This document shows, one piece after another, positions 19,229 through 29,724 of a stretch of 64,000 bases of DNA. How positions within the stretch are numbered: position 1 is the stretch's first letter; each line of letters starts with the position of its first letter. Position numbers and translations under genes: made by a program. Source of the stretch: Methanomicrobiales archaeon (GTDB lineage Archaea > Halobacteriota > Methanomicrobia > Methanomicrobiales > Methanospirillaceae); assembly GCA_037137755.1 (NCBI GenBank), contig JBAXJR010000002.1, forward strand, positions 64,001 to 128,000, in the 5' to 3' direction. The notes under the pieces were generated by a model, which searched no databases, was not told where the DNA came from, and worked only from the letters and a program-made list of their open reading frames with translations.

Positions 19229-20971
19229 TTAATAATCGCTCATCACAGTTGAGACATTATTGATATCAAGGTAACGGTCCGCTGCCCGGGTGTATTGCGG
19301 CCAGGTCACATTCACTCCACCGTTTGGATCCCCTGTTTTTGCGAACCTGGTCCAGAAGTCCACCAGGTTATCAGCGACCACCGGGTTTGCGTTCACATCT
19401 TTCGCCATTCCGAATAAAAGAAAGGTTTCACTGCCATGTAATGCCCCGTTTTCCCCGGGTAAGACATAGGAGTACCGGTATAGGTACGTGTTCCGTTCAA
19501 TGTCTCCCATCGATCCCGCGGCAAACTTCGCACTATCGGCAAAATCGTAGCGGGTCATGATCTGGGCCAGGCGGAGCTGGACTTCCTCTGTCGAATTGGC
19601 AGGATACTGTGCGAAAACCGAACCTGCATCTGTCCCGAAATAGTTCTGCAGAAATGTTATGTACTCCGGGACAGTCATGTTGGCACCCGCCGAAAGCGAG
19701 GTCCCGTCATTGGCGTTCGTCCCGATCAAAAACGGGACCGGGTTCTGCTTGTGCAGACCGAACAGGGCGTCTACAGAGTCCGGGAGTAACCATCCGTCAA
19801 TCGTCGGCTCGAATTTGAGAGTATGGGTACGGTTCCATGACGACGCCAGCCAGGGTGATGCGTTGACGAGGTTCATAGCACTCTCCGTTCGCATCTTATG
19901 AATTGCATCCGGCCCGGAATATCCGAGGCTTTGTGCGAAGTCCAGCCCGATATGCTCGGCATCGGCTTTCGAATGGACGTTATCAATCGTCGGTCCGTGC
20001 GCCCAGAAGGGTCCGCTTTCGACGAGTGCCTGGCTGTAGAGCCCCTTGCTCTGTGGGCTGACAAGATGGATAAGGACACTCTCTCCACCAGCGGACTGGC
20101 CAAAAATGGTCACCCGTGACGGGTCGCCACCGAACGCCCCGATGTTATGCTGGACCCATTGGAGGGCGGCCTGCTGGTCGAGGATCCCGTAGTTGCCCGA
20201 GACGTTATTCACGGATTCGTTATCGAGCTGTGGGTGAGCCATAAACCCGAGGGCACCAAGCCGGTAGTTGGTCGTTACGATTATTACTCCTTTTTGAGCA
20301 AGGGTGGTCCCGTTATAGAGTGCAATGTTATCAAACGGGGCTACCTGTGCGAATGCCCCGCCATAGAAAAAGACCATTACCGGGAGTTTTTCGTCGGCAT
20401 TCTTTGCAGGGGTCCAGACATTGAGGTACAGGCAGTCCTCGCTCATAGTTGCGGGTACCGGTGATCCTGAAGGTGGCTGGGGGGGATTTGCTGAAAAAGC
20501 CTTCGCGTCCTTAACGCCGTCCCAGGGTTGTACCGGTGCGGGCGGTCTCCACCGCAGGTCTCCGATCGGGGGGGTCGCGAACGGGATGCCGAGATAGACC
20601 CTAAGCCCGTTCTCCTGTAACCCGGAAATATACCCGGCATCAGTTTTCACGACCGTAGGATCGGGAGCAGGTGTCGATGAACCTGATGAATCTGACGAAT
20701 AATCAACGGTTGTGGGTGGTTTCGTGGTAGCTGCCGTTGCAGGGGTTGTTATGGTTGCGGTAGTGTTGGTTGCAGAAATGCTGCCTGCCGTGGTGGGAAT
20801 TGCAACTACCGGTGCAGTTCCTGACTGCTGAATAATCGTTGTCTGTACTGGTGTGGGAATTGCGGTCGTTGGCTTCGGAGCCTGAACCGCTGGCTGCGGC
20901 TGAGTACATCCAGCCACAAGCAAAGCTGAAATGATAATTGCTACGAAAATGAAAACTATCTGGTTTCTCAC
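19229..20971 (-). CDS. Lipoprotein carboxylesterase, type B / cholinesterase-like fold (paralogue 1)
   Basis: Lipobox LVAGC, Thr/Pro-rich linker, SEDCLYLNVW, FYGGAF, nucleophile GQSAG, GTNANDG, LHGSE, WTRFAKTGDPN. GGTGAT RBS with GTG start. Confidence 0.93.
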   Translation of the reverse strand: MRNQIVFIFVAIIISALLVAGCTQPQPAVQAPKPTTAIPTPVQTTIIQQSGTAPVVAIPTTAGSISATNTTATITTPATAATTKPPTTVDYSSDSSGSSTPAPDPTVVKTDAGYISGLQENGLRVYLGIPFATPPIGDLRWRPPAPVQPWDGVKDAKAFSANPPQPPSGSPVPATMSEDCLYLNVWTPAKNADEKLPVMVFFYGGAFAQVAPFDNIALYNGTTLAQKGVIIVTTNYRLGALGFMAHPQLDNESVNNVSGNYGILDQQAALQWVQHNIGAFGGDPSRVTIFGQSAGGESVLIHLVSPQSKGLYSQALVESGPFWAHGPTIDNVHSKADAEHIGLDFAQSLGYSGPDAIHKMRTESAMNLVNASPWLASSWNRTHTLKFEPTIDGWLLPDSVDALFGLHKQNPVPFLIGTNANDGTSLSAGANMTVPEYITFLQNYFGTDAGSVFAQYPANSTEEVQLRLAQIMTRYDFADSAKFAAGSMGDIERNTYLYRYSYVLPGENGALHGSETFLLFGMAKDVNANPVVADNLVDFWTRFAKTGDPNGGVNVTWPQYTRAADRYLDINNVSTVMSDY

Positions 20972-21025
20972 AGGATCACCCTTTATGATGTGCCACTTCG
21001 GTTTTATTCCGTAAAGAGTTATTCA
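20972..21025 (-). promoter_or_regulatory. Conserved 5' region shared by the two esterase genes (other copy 22832-22884)
   Basis: GAATAACTCTTTACG(G/C)AATAA(A/C)ACCGAAGTGGC..AT.AT.AA.GGTGAT lies in front of both start codons. Confidence 0.6.
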
Positions 21026-21088
21026 TAAATGTTACCTGCGATCTATCCTGCGACAGTTGTTCTTACGTCAGAATAAAAAAAGAGCGGT

Positions 21089-22831
21089 TTAATAACCGGT
21101 CATTACTGTCGATGTAGTATTGATATCGAGGTAGCGGTCCCCTGCCCGTGTATATTGCGGCCAGGTGACATTCATCCCGCCGTTCGGGTTACCCGTCTTG
21201 GCGAAACGGGTCCAGAGATCTATCATATTGGCAGCCACTGCCGGGTCAGCTTTCACTTCGTTTGCCAATCCAAACAACAGGAAGCATTCACTGCCATGGA
21301 ATGCACCAAGGGGCTGCAAGGGCCCCGGAAGGACATAGGAGTACCGGTACAGGTATGTTTTCGGTTCCAGGTCTGACATCGATCCCGCTACATACTTCGC
21401 TGCGTCATTGAAGTCGTAGTCCGTCATGATCTGGTCGAGCTGGAACTGGACCTCCTCCGTTGTAGTGGCGGGATATTTTAAGAGGACCTGCTCCGCTTCA
21501 GGCCCGAACCGACTCTTGATATAGGTCTCGTATTCGGGCACGGTCATGTTTGCACCGGCAGCAAGAGTGATCCCGTCATTGGCGTTGTGCCCGATCATAA
21601 GGGGGATCGCATACTCACGGTGAAGACCGAACAGGATGTCAGGTGAATCGGGTATTTCCCACCCGTCAATCGTCGGCTCGAAATGAGGGCTGGACACAAT
21701 CTGGAACGACGATGCAGGCCAGGGAGTGGCATTCGCGATCACCTGGTAACTCAGTTTCCGCATATTTGCAATTGTCCCAGGACCTGAATACCCAAGGCTC
21801 TGTGCAAAATTTACTCCCAGATTTTCTGCATCGGCCTTTGAATAGAGCGCATCAATTTCCGCCCCCTTTGTCCAGAAGGTAGCGCTTTCGACGATTGCCT
21901 GGTTGTAGAGCCCCTTGCTCTGCGGGCTGACAAGATGGATAAGGATGCTCTCCGCTCCTGCCGATTGACCGAATATGGTCACGCGGGACGGGTCTCCGCC
22001 GAAAGCCCCGATATTACGCTGGACCCATTGCAGGGTCGCAAGCTGGTCCAAAAGCCCGTAATTGCCCGAGACGTTATTTGCGGACTCGTTATCGAGTTCC
22101 GGGTGGGCGAGGAAACCGAGAGCACCAACACGGTAATTGGTGGTCACGACGATGACCCCTTTCTGTGCAAGGGCTGTCCCATTATATGTTGATATCTGGC
22201 CGGCGATTTTTCCGAATGCCCCCCCGTAGAAAAAGACCATGACCGGGAGCTTTTCGTTGGCGCTGTTAGCGGGGGTCCATACATTGAGGTACAGGCAGTC
22301 CTCGTTGGTTACTAATCCGGGACTGGCATTCGGTGGCTGGGGGCATGCCGCACAAAATGTCTTTGTTTCCTTAACGCCGTCCCAGGGTTGTGCAGGTGCG
22401 GGTGGTCTCCAACGCAGATCTCCAGTTGGAGGAGCTGCGAATGGGATTCCGAGGTATACCCGGAGCCCGTTCTCCTGTATTCCGGAAACATACCCGGTGT
22501 CGGTTTTCACAACATTTGGATCGGGAGCCGGTGTCGATGTATCTGATGAATATGCCGAGTAATCGAAGGTGGTGGGAGGTATTGTGATAGCCACCGTCGC
22601 AGGGGTTTTTATTGTTACCGTTGTGTTGGTTACCGTCCCGTTGGCTGCCGTGGTGGGAATTGCAGCTACCGGTGCAGTCACTGACGGCTGAACAACCGGT
22701 GTCTGTACAGGTGTGGGAATTGCGGTCGTTGGCTTCGGAGTCTGAACCACGGTCTGTGGCTGAGAACATCCTGCCGCGAGAAACGCTAAAATTACAATCG
22801 CTATGAAAATATACACTATCCGGTTTCGCAC
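21089..22831 (-). CDS. Lipoprotein carboxylesterase, type B / cholinesterase-like fold (paralogue 2)
   Basis: Lipobox LAAGC, NEDCLYLNVW, GQSAG, GHNANDG, FHGSE. Same length (580 aa) as and co-linear with paralogue 1. Confidence 0.93.
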   Translation of the reverse strand: MRNRIVYIFIAIVILAFLAAGCSQPQTVVQTPKPTTAIPTPVQTPVVQPSVTAPVAAIPTTAANGTVTNTTVTIKTPATVAITIPPTTFDYSAYSSDTSTPAPDPNVVKTDTGYVSGIQENGLRVYLGIPFAAPPTGDLRWRPPAPAQPWDGVKETKTFCAACPQPPNASPGLVTNEDCLYLNVWTPANSANEKLPVMVFFYGGAFGKIAGQISTYNGTALAQKGVIVVTTNYRVGALGFLAHPELDNESANNVSGNYGLLDQLATLQWVQRNIGAFGGDPSRVTIFGQSAGAESILIHLVSPQSKGLYNQAIVESATFWTKGAEIDALYSKADAENLGVNFAQSLGYSGPGTIANMRKLSYQVIANATPWPASSFQIVSSPHFEPTIDGWEIPDSPDILFGLHREYAIPLMIGHNANDGITLAAGANMTVPEYETYIKSRFGPEAEQVLLKYPATTTEEVQFQLDQIMTDYDFNDAAKYVAGSMSDLEPKTYLYRYSYVLPGPLQPLGAFHGSECFLLFGLANEVKADPAVAANMIDLWTRFAKTGNPNGGMNVTWPQYTRAGDRYLDINTTSTVMTGY

Positions 22832-23153
22832 AGAATCACCATTAATAATGAGCCACTTCGGTGTTATTGCGTAAAGAGTTATTCCTTCGCTTTTTCCAGG
22901 AACAAATATCGGTATCCTGGAAGTCTCATTTCATCGGACAGCGCGGGTAACTTACGGAGAGGGAAATTTTCTAATCCATCGAAATCTGTCCGGTTATTCT
23001 TAATATTCCGGCAATTATTGTTTTAGAGTTTTAAAAAACGGAAAGGTACACCAAAAAGAAGTCCCGGATGATTAATCTGTAAATATCTGGCGGGATGAAG
23101 GAGAGGCGGGCGACCCCACACTCCTGACATGTCCCTCTATTTATCCCGCGTTT

Positions 23154-24647
23154 TTAATTTACGATCTGGCTTGAAGGTTTATCCCCCTCAGGTTGCTGGT
23201 AATCAGGATGGGTCTCCTGTCGTGCAAGAATTGCAAGGACAAGGATAATGATGCCGACCGCGAATGCAAACAAAAATGCCAGGTCAAACCCTGCCGTAAG
23301 TACCTCTTTTCTCATGTATGCCGGTGCTAACTTTGTTACCGCGTTGTGGCTCGCAATTGCGTCAATGCCCTGAATAAATACGACATTAAAAATGGCAATC
23401 CCGATTGTCATGGGAGCAAACCGTTCAAGACTGGTAAGGCTTGAGACCATTCCCTGGTATCTCTTTCCGACCGAGTTCATGATCATGTTTGATGCCGGTG
23501 TCAGCATCAGGCCGAGACCGAAGCCGATCAGGACAAGGCACAGGATTACAAATCCGGTGGTCGTATCCGGCCGGATACGGGTCATCAGGAAATACCCCGC
23601 AACAACCGAGATTCCGGCAGCGATGCAGAGCAACCTGCCCCCGGCCCGGTTATAGAGCATACCTGCAAGGATTCCACCCACCATCATGGCAACCGAGAGT
23701 GATGTTAATATCAGCCCGGCAGCTGAGGGGTCGTATCCCTGCACGTACTCGAGATAGAAGGGGAGCAGGTAACTGATACCGGCAAAGCTGAAGAACAGCA
23801 GGACCATCGTGGTATTGGTCAGGAGGAAATTTCTCCGTTTAAACAGGCGTAGCTCGAGCAACGGGTCAGAGGCCTTGAGTTCGCACCAGATAAAGCCGCC
23901 GAGCGTGAGAAGTGCCAGTAAAAATGAACCTATGATTACCGGGTCAGTCCATCCAAGTGTCTGCCCCTCTGACAGGGCGAAGAGCAGTGAGGCCAGGCCC
24001 GTGAATATCAGGACTGCACCAGCCCGGTCGAACCCGGTCGTCCGTTTCTGTGCCTTCATCGCCGGGATCACCTTGGCACCAAGGAGAATTGCACAAATCC
24101 CGACCGGGACATTGATGAAAAAGATCCAGTTCCAGGAGAGGAACTGCGTGAGTAAACCACCGATAGTCGGCCCGATTGCCGTCCCAAGGGCGGCGAACGT
24201 CAGGACGATCCCCATCGCTTTTCCTTTCTGGGCCATCGGGATATACGCCGTGACCATCGCGGGCCCGATCGCGGTGATCATGGCACCCCCGACAGCCTGG
24301 AAGGCCCGTGAACCGATAAGTACGGGAAATGAATGGATAAAATCCGGGAGAAATCCGCAGCAAAAAGACCCGATGGTGAAGATCAGGAAACCTGACAGGA
24401 ACACTTTTTTGAACCCGATCACGTCGGAAATTTTGCCGAAGATCAGGACACACCCGGCCATTACCAGCAGGTAAATTGTCGATACCCAGCTCACCGTGCT
24501 TGTGGTGACGTTGAACGCCTGAGATATCGTAGGGAGTGCAATATTGACAATTGTTCCATCCAGTGCCGACATAAATGTGGCAAGTGATATTGAAATAATG
24601 AGGAGGCCGAATCCTTTCTTATAGGTATCAGCCCGGTCTGTCTCCAT
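23154..24647 (-). CDS. MFS drug:H+ antiporter, DHA2/EmrB-QacA type
   Basis: LDGTIVNIALP, GKISDVIGFKK, SRAFQAVGGA, WNWIFFINVPVG. Confidence 0.93.
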   Translation of the reverse strand: METDRADTYKKGFGLLIISISLATFMSALDGTIVNIALPTISQAFNVTTSTVSWVSTIYLLVMAGCVLIFGKISDVIGFKKVFLSGFLIFTIGSFCCGFLPDFIHSFPVLIGSRAFQAVGGAMITAIGPAMVTAYIPMAQKGKAMGIVLTFAALGTAIGPTIGGLLTQFLSWNWIFFINVPVGICAILLGAKVIPAMKAQKRTTGFDRAGAVLIFTGLASLLFALSEGQTLGWTDPVIIGSFLLALLTLGGFIWCELKASDPLLELRLFKRRNFLLTNTTMVLLFFSFAGISYLLPFYLEYVQGYDPSAAGLILTSLSVAMMVGGILAGMLYNRAGGRLLCIAAGISVVAGYFLMTRIRPDTTTGFVILCLVLIGFGLGLMLTPASNMIMNSVGKRYQGMVSSLTSLERFAPMTIGIAIFNVVFIQGIDAIASHNAVTKLAPAYMRKEVLTAGFDLAFLFAFAVGIIILVLAILARQETHPDYQQPEGDKPSSQIVN

Positions 24648-24947
24648 ACCTCCCCGTTAGGCTTGCCGGACATAAGAGGGTTGCCATATTTTATCCGCAT
24701 GCTGCTGTTCCATACTACTTGTTACCATGGTGGGAAAACAAACAATAATGTTCTAAATAGGCAGGCCATAAATTCCAGGTATTCGTGGAACCCCCTTCCC
24801 GGTTCATGCGTGAATTTTAAAACACTTTTATTTGAGAATTCGAATGTCCGTTTGAGTATTTCCTGTAAGATAAACATACCGCTGATATCGACAGTAATTT
24901 TTTAAAAAATATCATCGAACGTTAAAAATCATATCAGGGAAAGTGAG

Positions 24948-25238
24948 TTGAAAACTAAGACCTACAATCTAAAATTCAAAGCCCTCAAAATCTTTTCTTA
25001 CACTAAAATCGCGGCAAAGGAGGCCGGACCAACATTGAAAATAAAGGTGAGGTGGACTACGGCTACCGGAGTTCTGCTCGCAGTAATTTTCCTTATACTT
25101 GCACTGCTTTTTTGTCATGGGTATGCGAAAAATTGGCGGGTTCACCCTGGAAATTGCAAAATGGCTCATAATTACCTTCATGGCAGTGGCAATAATCATA
25201 CGTATATTGTAAAAGGGTGCCCGTATGTTTCCGCATAA
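24948..25238 (+). CDS. Possible small membrane protein or gene remnant
   Basis: TTG-started ORF with one hydrophobic stretch (GVLLAVIFLILALLF). No family recognised. Confidence 0.25.
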   Translation: MKTKTYNLKFKALKIFSYTKIAAKEAGPTLKIKVRWTTATGVLLAVIFLILALLFCHGYAKNWRVHPGNCKMAHNYLHGSGNNHTYIVKGCPYVSA

Positions 25239-25628
25239 AAAAACATTATTTCAGGCGGTCTCATTCAGGAAACAGGGAATGGCATCTCCCGGAACACCCT
25301 TTTTTTGATCTGCTCTAGAACTACCGGTCATCGGTGGAACATTTTCATTCACCTTAATCAATGATATTTAGATCGATGGGGACGTTCCGGATAACCGGGA
25401 TGGAGCCGCTATGGCTCCTTGTAGGTGCGATACCATCTGACATTTGTCGGAGATGTAAACTGTAACATGACGTTAAGACCGGTGGTTGTTTTCAACCGAT
25501 CTGTCAACCTTTATTGCGTTCCCTTTTCTGCAGGTAGTTCTGAAGGATTCTTATCTGCGACCTCTCCTGTTAGGAACTGATCGAAAATGGACCCGGCCCG
25601 GACCTCTCATCGGCAGATAACATTGTGG

Positions 25629-26282
25629 TCACTTCCCGAATACTACGCTGCCGTTTGTGTCCGTAAGCGGGGTATACGGGGCCTTACATTCATCCGAGAA
25701 CTGCCTGACTGCCATTTTCACTCCCTGGTAACGGCGGGGGCCATAATCATGCACCATAATATATCCTCCCGCGGCCAACCGCGGGTAAAAATAGCACAAC
25801 CCTTCATAGGTGGGTTTGTAAAGATCGGTATCGATTGAAACAAATGAAAAGGTCTCCTCAAGTCCGTCGAGTGACTCCGGAAAATATCCAGGTTTCACAA
25901 TACATTGCAAGGGATTGGGGATTCTGGAGAGCACATTCCTGACATTGACCCTCGAGAAATCACCAAAATCGGTCTGTAAGTCCTGTTCTGACTCAGAGGT
26001 GAGGTCTCTTGTATCGAACCCTTCAAACGTGTCAAACAGGTACAATTTGCGGTCAGGAAACAGGGAACTGATACGCCTTGCAAAATCTCCCCTGTATACG
26101 CCGAGTTCTGCAACTTCCCCTGGTATATTCCGTTCGATTATCTCCCTTGCAAGCAGGTTGAGTGACTTTATGCGGGCCGGGTCAGTTGCGATGATCTCTC
26201 CGACAGGGAGGGACCGGGCAAGATGGTGATTTACGGTTGCTCCAAGGTACGCAATATCCTTGCGGGCGGGCATACGTCTCAT
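25629..26282 (-). CDS. TylF/MycF/NovP-family O-methyltransferase (start uncertain)
   Basis: IPGEVAELGVYRG, LYLFDTFEGF, PGYFPESL, FVSIDTDLY, GGYIMVHDY. Confidence 0.88.
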   Translation of the reverse strand: MRRMPARKDIAYLGATVNHHLARSLPVGEIIATDPARIKSLNLLAREIIERNIPGEVAELGVYRGDFARRISSLFPDRKLYLFDTFEGFDTRDLTSESEQDLQTDFGDFSRVNVRNVLSRIPNPLQCIVKPGYFPESLDGLEETFSFVSIDTDLYKPTYEGLCYFYPRLAAGGYIMVHDYGPRRYQGVKMAVRQFSDECKAPYTPLTDTNGSVVFGK

Positions 26283-26688
26283 TCCATGCGTGAGGCATCC
26301 ATGCAGGACGCTATATCCACGCGATACGATTGTCAGATCTACTCCTCCTTCAGGTGGCATTCAAGATACACACTATCAAAAAAAACCATGGGCAAAAAAA
26401 ACGGCTCCACGGGTATTGACTGGTAACCCACGAATCTCTTATATGATAATCCACCCCGGTGAATAAGAAACTCGCACTTATCCCCTTTTCCATTCCTGTC
26501 TTTTCATGGCGGGTGAATAGGGTCCGGCATGTGTAACATTGGGATATTTCGGGAGATTTTTGTTGGCCTCCCGTATGATCCTGTTCTATCTGAACCGGTG
26601 CCCGTCCACCGGAACTGCAAAAGATAGCTCCCAACCAGGGAACCCGTTGACCCGGAGTAGTTTTTTTTTCAAAAAAGAAAGAGTGTTG

Positions 26689-27279
26689 TTATGCACCAAT
26701 CGCAGCAAGATTACCCGGGCTCCTCATGTAGAGCCAGTAACCTCTTGTCGGGTACAATATTGTGGACTCGCTTGAGTCTCCATTGAAGATTGCCGGTTCA
26801 TAACTCTGGCTTACTGCATTGAACCCCAGTGAGGTCACCCAGTCTGGCTGGACTGCCAGGTATGTGTTCCGTGCAGATGTCTGGTACAACCCCGTGAAAC
26901 CAATCGTACTCCAGCCTTCCGGCAGGCTTCGAGGTGACGGGATAAACATCGGGTTTGTCGTATCAAAGTTCAGAGGGACCCCGGTGTCTGAGACTGAATA
27001 GATCCAGATACCATACAATGGCTGTACCGGGGTCGTTGCAAGGACCGTAACCCAGCGTGGCGGAGTTTGTGATCCATCCCACATAAAGGCCGAATGCCCC
27101 CCCATGTTCACATTACTGAATATCGCACCGGTATTGTACCCGGCTGCCAGTATCTTTGGTGTTGAAACAAAGTTCCATCCCGATTTTAGTGGGATGTTTG
27201 TTTCCGCTGCACATGGCAGGACCAGGAACAATGCAACTATCAGGATAATTAACGAATATCGAAAATTCCAACCAGGCAT
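26689..27279 (-). CDS. Secreted/cell-surface protein with two GW(N/S)xxx...G(I/Y)W repeats
   Basis: Signal peptide ending LPCAA; LKSGWNFVSTP...YGIWIYS; LPEGWSTIGF...RGYWLYM. Confidence 0.8.
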   Translation of the reverse strand: MPGWNFRYSLIILIVALFLVLPCAAETNIPLKSGWNFVSTPKILAAGYNTGAIFSNVNMGGHSAFMWDGSQTPPRWVTVLATTPVQPLYGIWIYSVSDTGVPLNFDTTNPMFIPSPRSLPEGWSTIGFTGLYQTSARNTYLAVQPDWVTSLGFNAVSQSYEPAIFNGDSSESTILYPTRGYWLYMRSPGNLAAIGA

Positions 27280-27458
27280 TATGTTAGATTGGGGGGCAAT
27301 ATGAAAAAATGTTCGGGAGACTTATAGGTGAGGCTGCAGCAGGGGCAGTTACAGTCACCACGGTGTGGAATTCTAAAGGAAAAATGGCATTGAATACAAA
27401 TCAGAAAGATTAAATCGCCTGGTTTGATAAAAAAATGGGAGCCTAAAGATTTACAGCA

Positions 27459-28619
27459 TTAATATGACGTTATTTCAATTGACCAGGGTCCCGAGGCGGT
27501 CACATCCAGGTAATAATCTCCCATGACTAACCGGGCAGCACTTTTTCCGCTATAAGGGCCTGCCGTGTTGACCAACGACTCAATAGTATTGCTTTGCACT
27601 TCCTTCAGCCACACGATAAACTCAAACCCTCCATTATAGTTCATACTGAACATGCGTAAACCGGATCCTGTGGCTGTAAATTTTACAACCTGATTACCTG
27701 ACCCGTTTATCAGTAATGGGACTGATATGGGTGTTGGATTTTTTTGCGTAACTGAAGGTGAAATAAGGATTGTCCAGGGCCCGGATGCTAATATATCCAG
27801 GTAGTAATCACCCGTTGTTAAAGGTGAAGAAATTTTACCATTATATGGACCAACCGTATTGACTAATAAATCAACATTATTACCCTGGGCGTCTTTCAGC
27901 CACACCACAAAATCAGATCCTCCATTATAATGAATAATAAATTCCCGTTGACTAGTGCCTGTTGCAGAAAAAGCTGCAACATTGCTACCGGTACCGCTCA
28001 TTTCCACCGACGTGATCACAGTAGGTGTTGGGACCGGTGTAGGGCCGGGAGGTGGAAGACTATAGTCCGCTGGACCATTCAGGTAAACCCAATAGCCCTT
28101 TCCGGGGGTTAGCGGTGAATTTTTCGAAATCTCATCGTTGAAAACGGTCATGTCGTATTGCTGCGACGAAGCGTTCCACCCCATATACATGATCCATTTG
28201 TCAGAGAATGTCGAAAATCCCTGGACTACGGGAGCCGGAGGGCCTGCAAACCCTATCATATTCCAGCCGGAAAAAAGTGGTTTTGAAGTTGGGATCTGCG
28301 AGTTATCACCGACGACGGGTATATCCATTGGATTGACGGAATAGATCCATATCCCATCCTGTGGGCTGAGCGATGACATCCGGTTCAGGCTGTCCCAGTT
28401 CTGGGTCGCTGCGTTGTATCGCCACATGGAATGACCCCCTGTGTCGACAGAAAAAAAGAGGGAATCTACCGGGTATTGATAATTTGTGTGGGATAAAGGT
28501 ATTGAAATAAAATTCCAACCCGCTTTTAATGAAATACTCGTATCAGCAGCACATGGCAGGACAAGAATTGATGCAACTACCAGGGTAAATAAAATGCACT
28601 GAACATACCTCCCGGACAT
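27459..28619 (-). CDS. Paralogue of the 26689 protein with two extra C-terminal beta-sandwich repeats
   Basis: Signal ending LPCAA; LKAGWNFISIP; GWNMIGF...GKGYWVY; Pro/Thr linker; duplicated G(T/S)G.....FxVWLK....LVNT.GPY.GK......GDYYLD..ASGPW module. Confidence 0.85.
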   Translation of the reverse strand: MSGRYVQCILFTLVVASILVLPCAADTSISLKAGWNFISIPLSHTNYQYPVDSLFFSVDTGGHSMWRYNAATQNWDSLNRMSSLSPQDGIWIYSVNPMDIPVVGDNSQIPTSKPLFSGWNMIGFAGPPAPVVQGFSTFSDKWIMYMGWNASSQQYDMTVFNDEISKNSPLTPGKGYWVYLNGPADYSLPPPGPTPVPTPTVITSVEMSGTGSNVAAFSATGTSQREFIIHYNGGSDFVVWLKDAQGNNVDLLVNTVGPYNGKISSPLTTGDYYLDILASGPWTILISPSVTQKNPTPISVPLLINGSGNQVVKFTATGSGLRMFSMNYNGGFEFIVWLKEVQSNTIESLVNTAGPYSGKSAARLVMGDYYLDVTASGPWSIEITSY

Positions 28620-28835
28620 AATGATTCACTTGTGGGGGAATATGAAAAAGGTTTGGGAGACCGGTTCAGGAATTGTAATAATTGGATCGAACCATTTTTT
28701 GGATTCTGTTATTAATTCCTGCCTGGTGATGGTGCTGGATTAGTGGGGATACCGGCGTACAAAATGTTTGCGACCGGGTCCCTGTTGGCATGAAGGATTT
28801 GTCAGTAGCAACGGTGTATTACATAACTACTCGTA

Positions 28836-29323
28836 ATGATGGAACAGTTCAATACAATCTAAAGATTACTACAGGACACTTGGTGTAAATAAAAGTGCAT
28901 CAGATGATGAAATTCACAAGGCATATCGAAGGTTGGCAAAGCAGTTTCACCCGGATTTAAATTCAGATCCAACTTCAACAGAAAATCTCAAACAAATAAA
29001 CGAAGCATACAGTGGTTTAAAAGACCCCAAAAAACGAGCGATGTATGACTCGGAATTTGATTACCATTTTTCCCGGGTGGGATCAAAAACTTCGGGGACA
29101 AGGGAGACTTCATCCGCAGATTCAGAAAACATATAACGATCATCCACCTGTTCCTGGAAAGGTGTGGATTCATCCTCGCGGGCTGAATATTGGGCAGACC
29201 GCCAGAAAAAAGCGGGAGAACCGGGCAATCCTCCCTGTTCCGTGACGCCATAAAATTGATAAAAACAATAATTACCGTTATTATTCTGATCTACCTGGTT
29301 GCAGTTTTTGTTTACACCTCATA
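28836..29323 (+). pseudogene. Disrupted J-domain (DnaJ-like) membrane protein
   Basis: [34 protein letters not shown]...[18 protein letters not shown] from 28861. The ATGs at 28836/28839 are out of frame with it, there is a stop at 29136, and a TM-like tail (IITVIILIYLVAVFVYTS*) lies downstream. Confidence 0.7.
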
Positions 29324-29724
29324 AAAAAGCTTAACAAGTCCTGATTCACCCATTCAGATAAAAAAATATAGACCTGTTATGAGGGTAGTTAGCGTTGTGG
29401 GTATACTTCCCACCGTCACAGTTTTCTCCACCAGCTTCTGTGCTGGTAAACCGCAAAATTGATCCCCGTTTCAGCTGTCAAAAATTGCAGGACGACGTAT
29501 TCCTGTAGTTCCCTCCCGGAATTCAGCCAAGTTGGTTTTTTTGAAAAATTACGTCAGTTGTCAACGTCATGGACACCTGGTACCTACCTGTTTGTGACGT
29601 AGTATATTCATTAAAACTTGAATAGTACCATTGAAAAGGTGTCAAGTGTTCCTCCGGACAACTCCCTTGGTATCCAGGTAATGCCCCCTCATCCATATTG
29701 AAAATCTAAAGATAAGGCGATCAC

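Noticed and set aside
20700-20900. Thr/Pro-rich low-complexity stretches (also 22560-22760 and 34080-34250) as tandem repeats
   Set aside because: They are explained as coding linkers of surface proteins.
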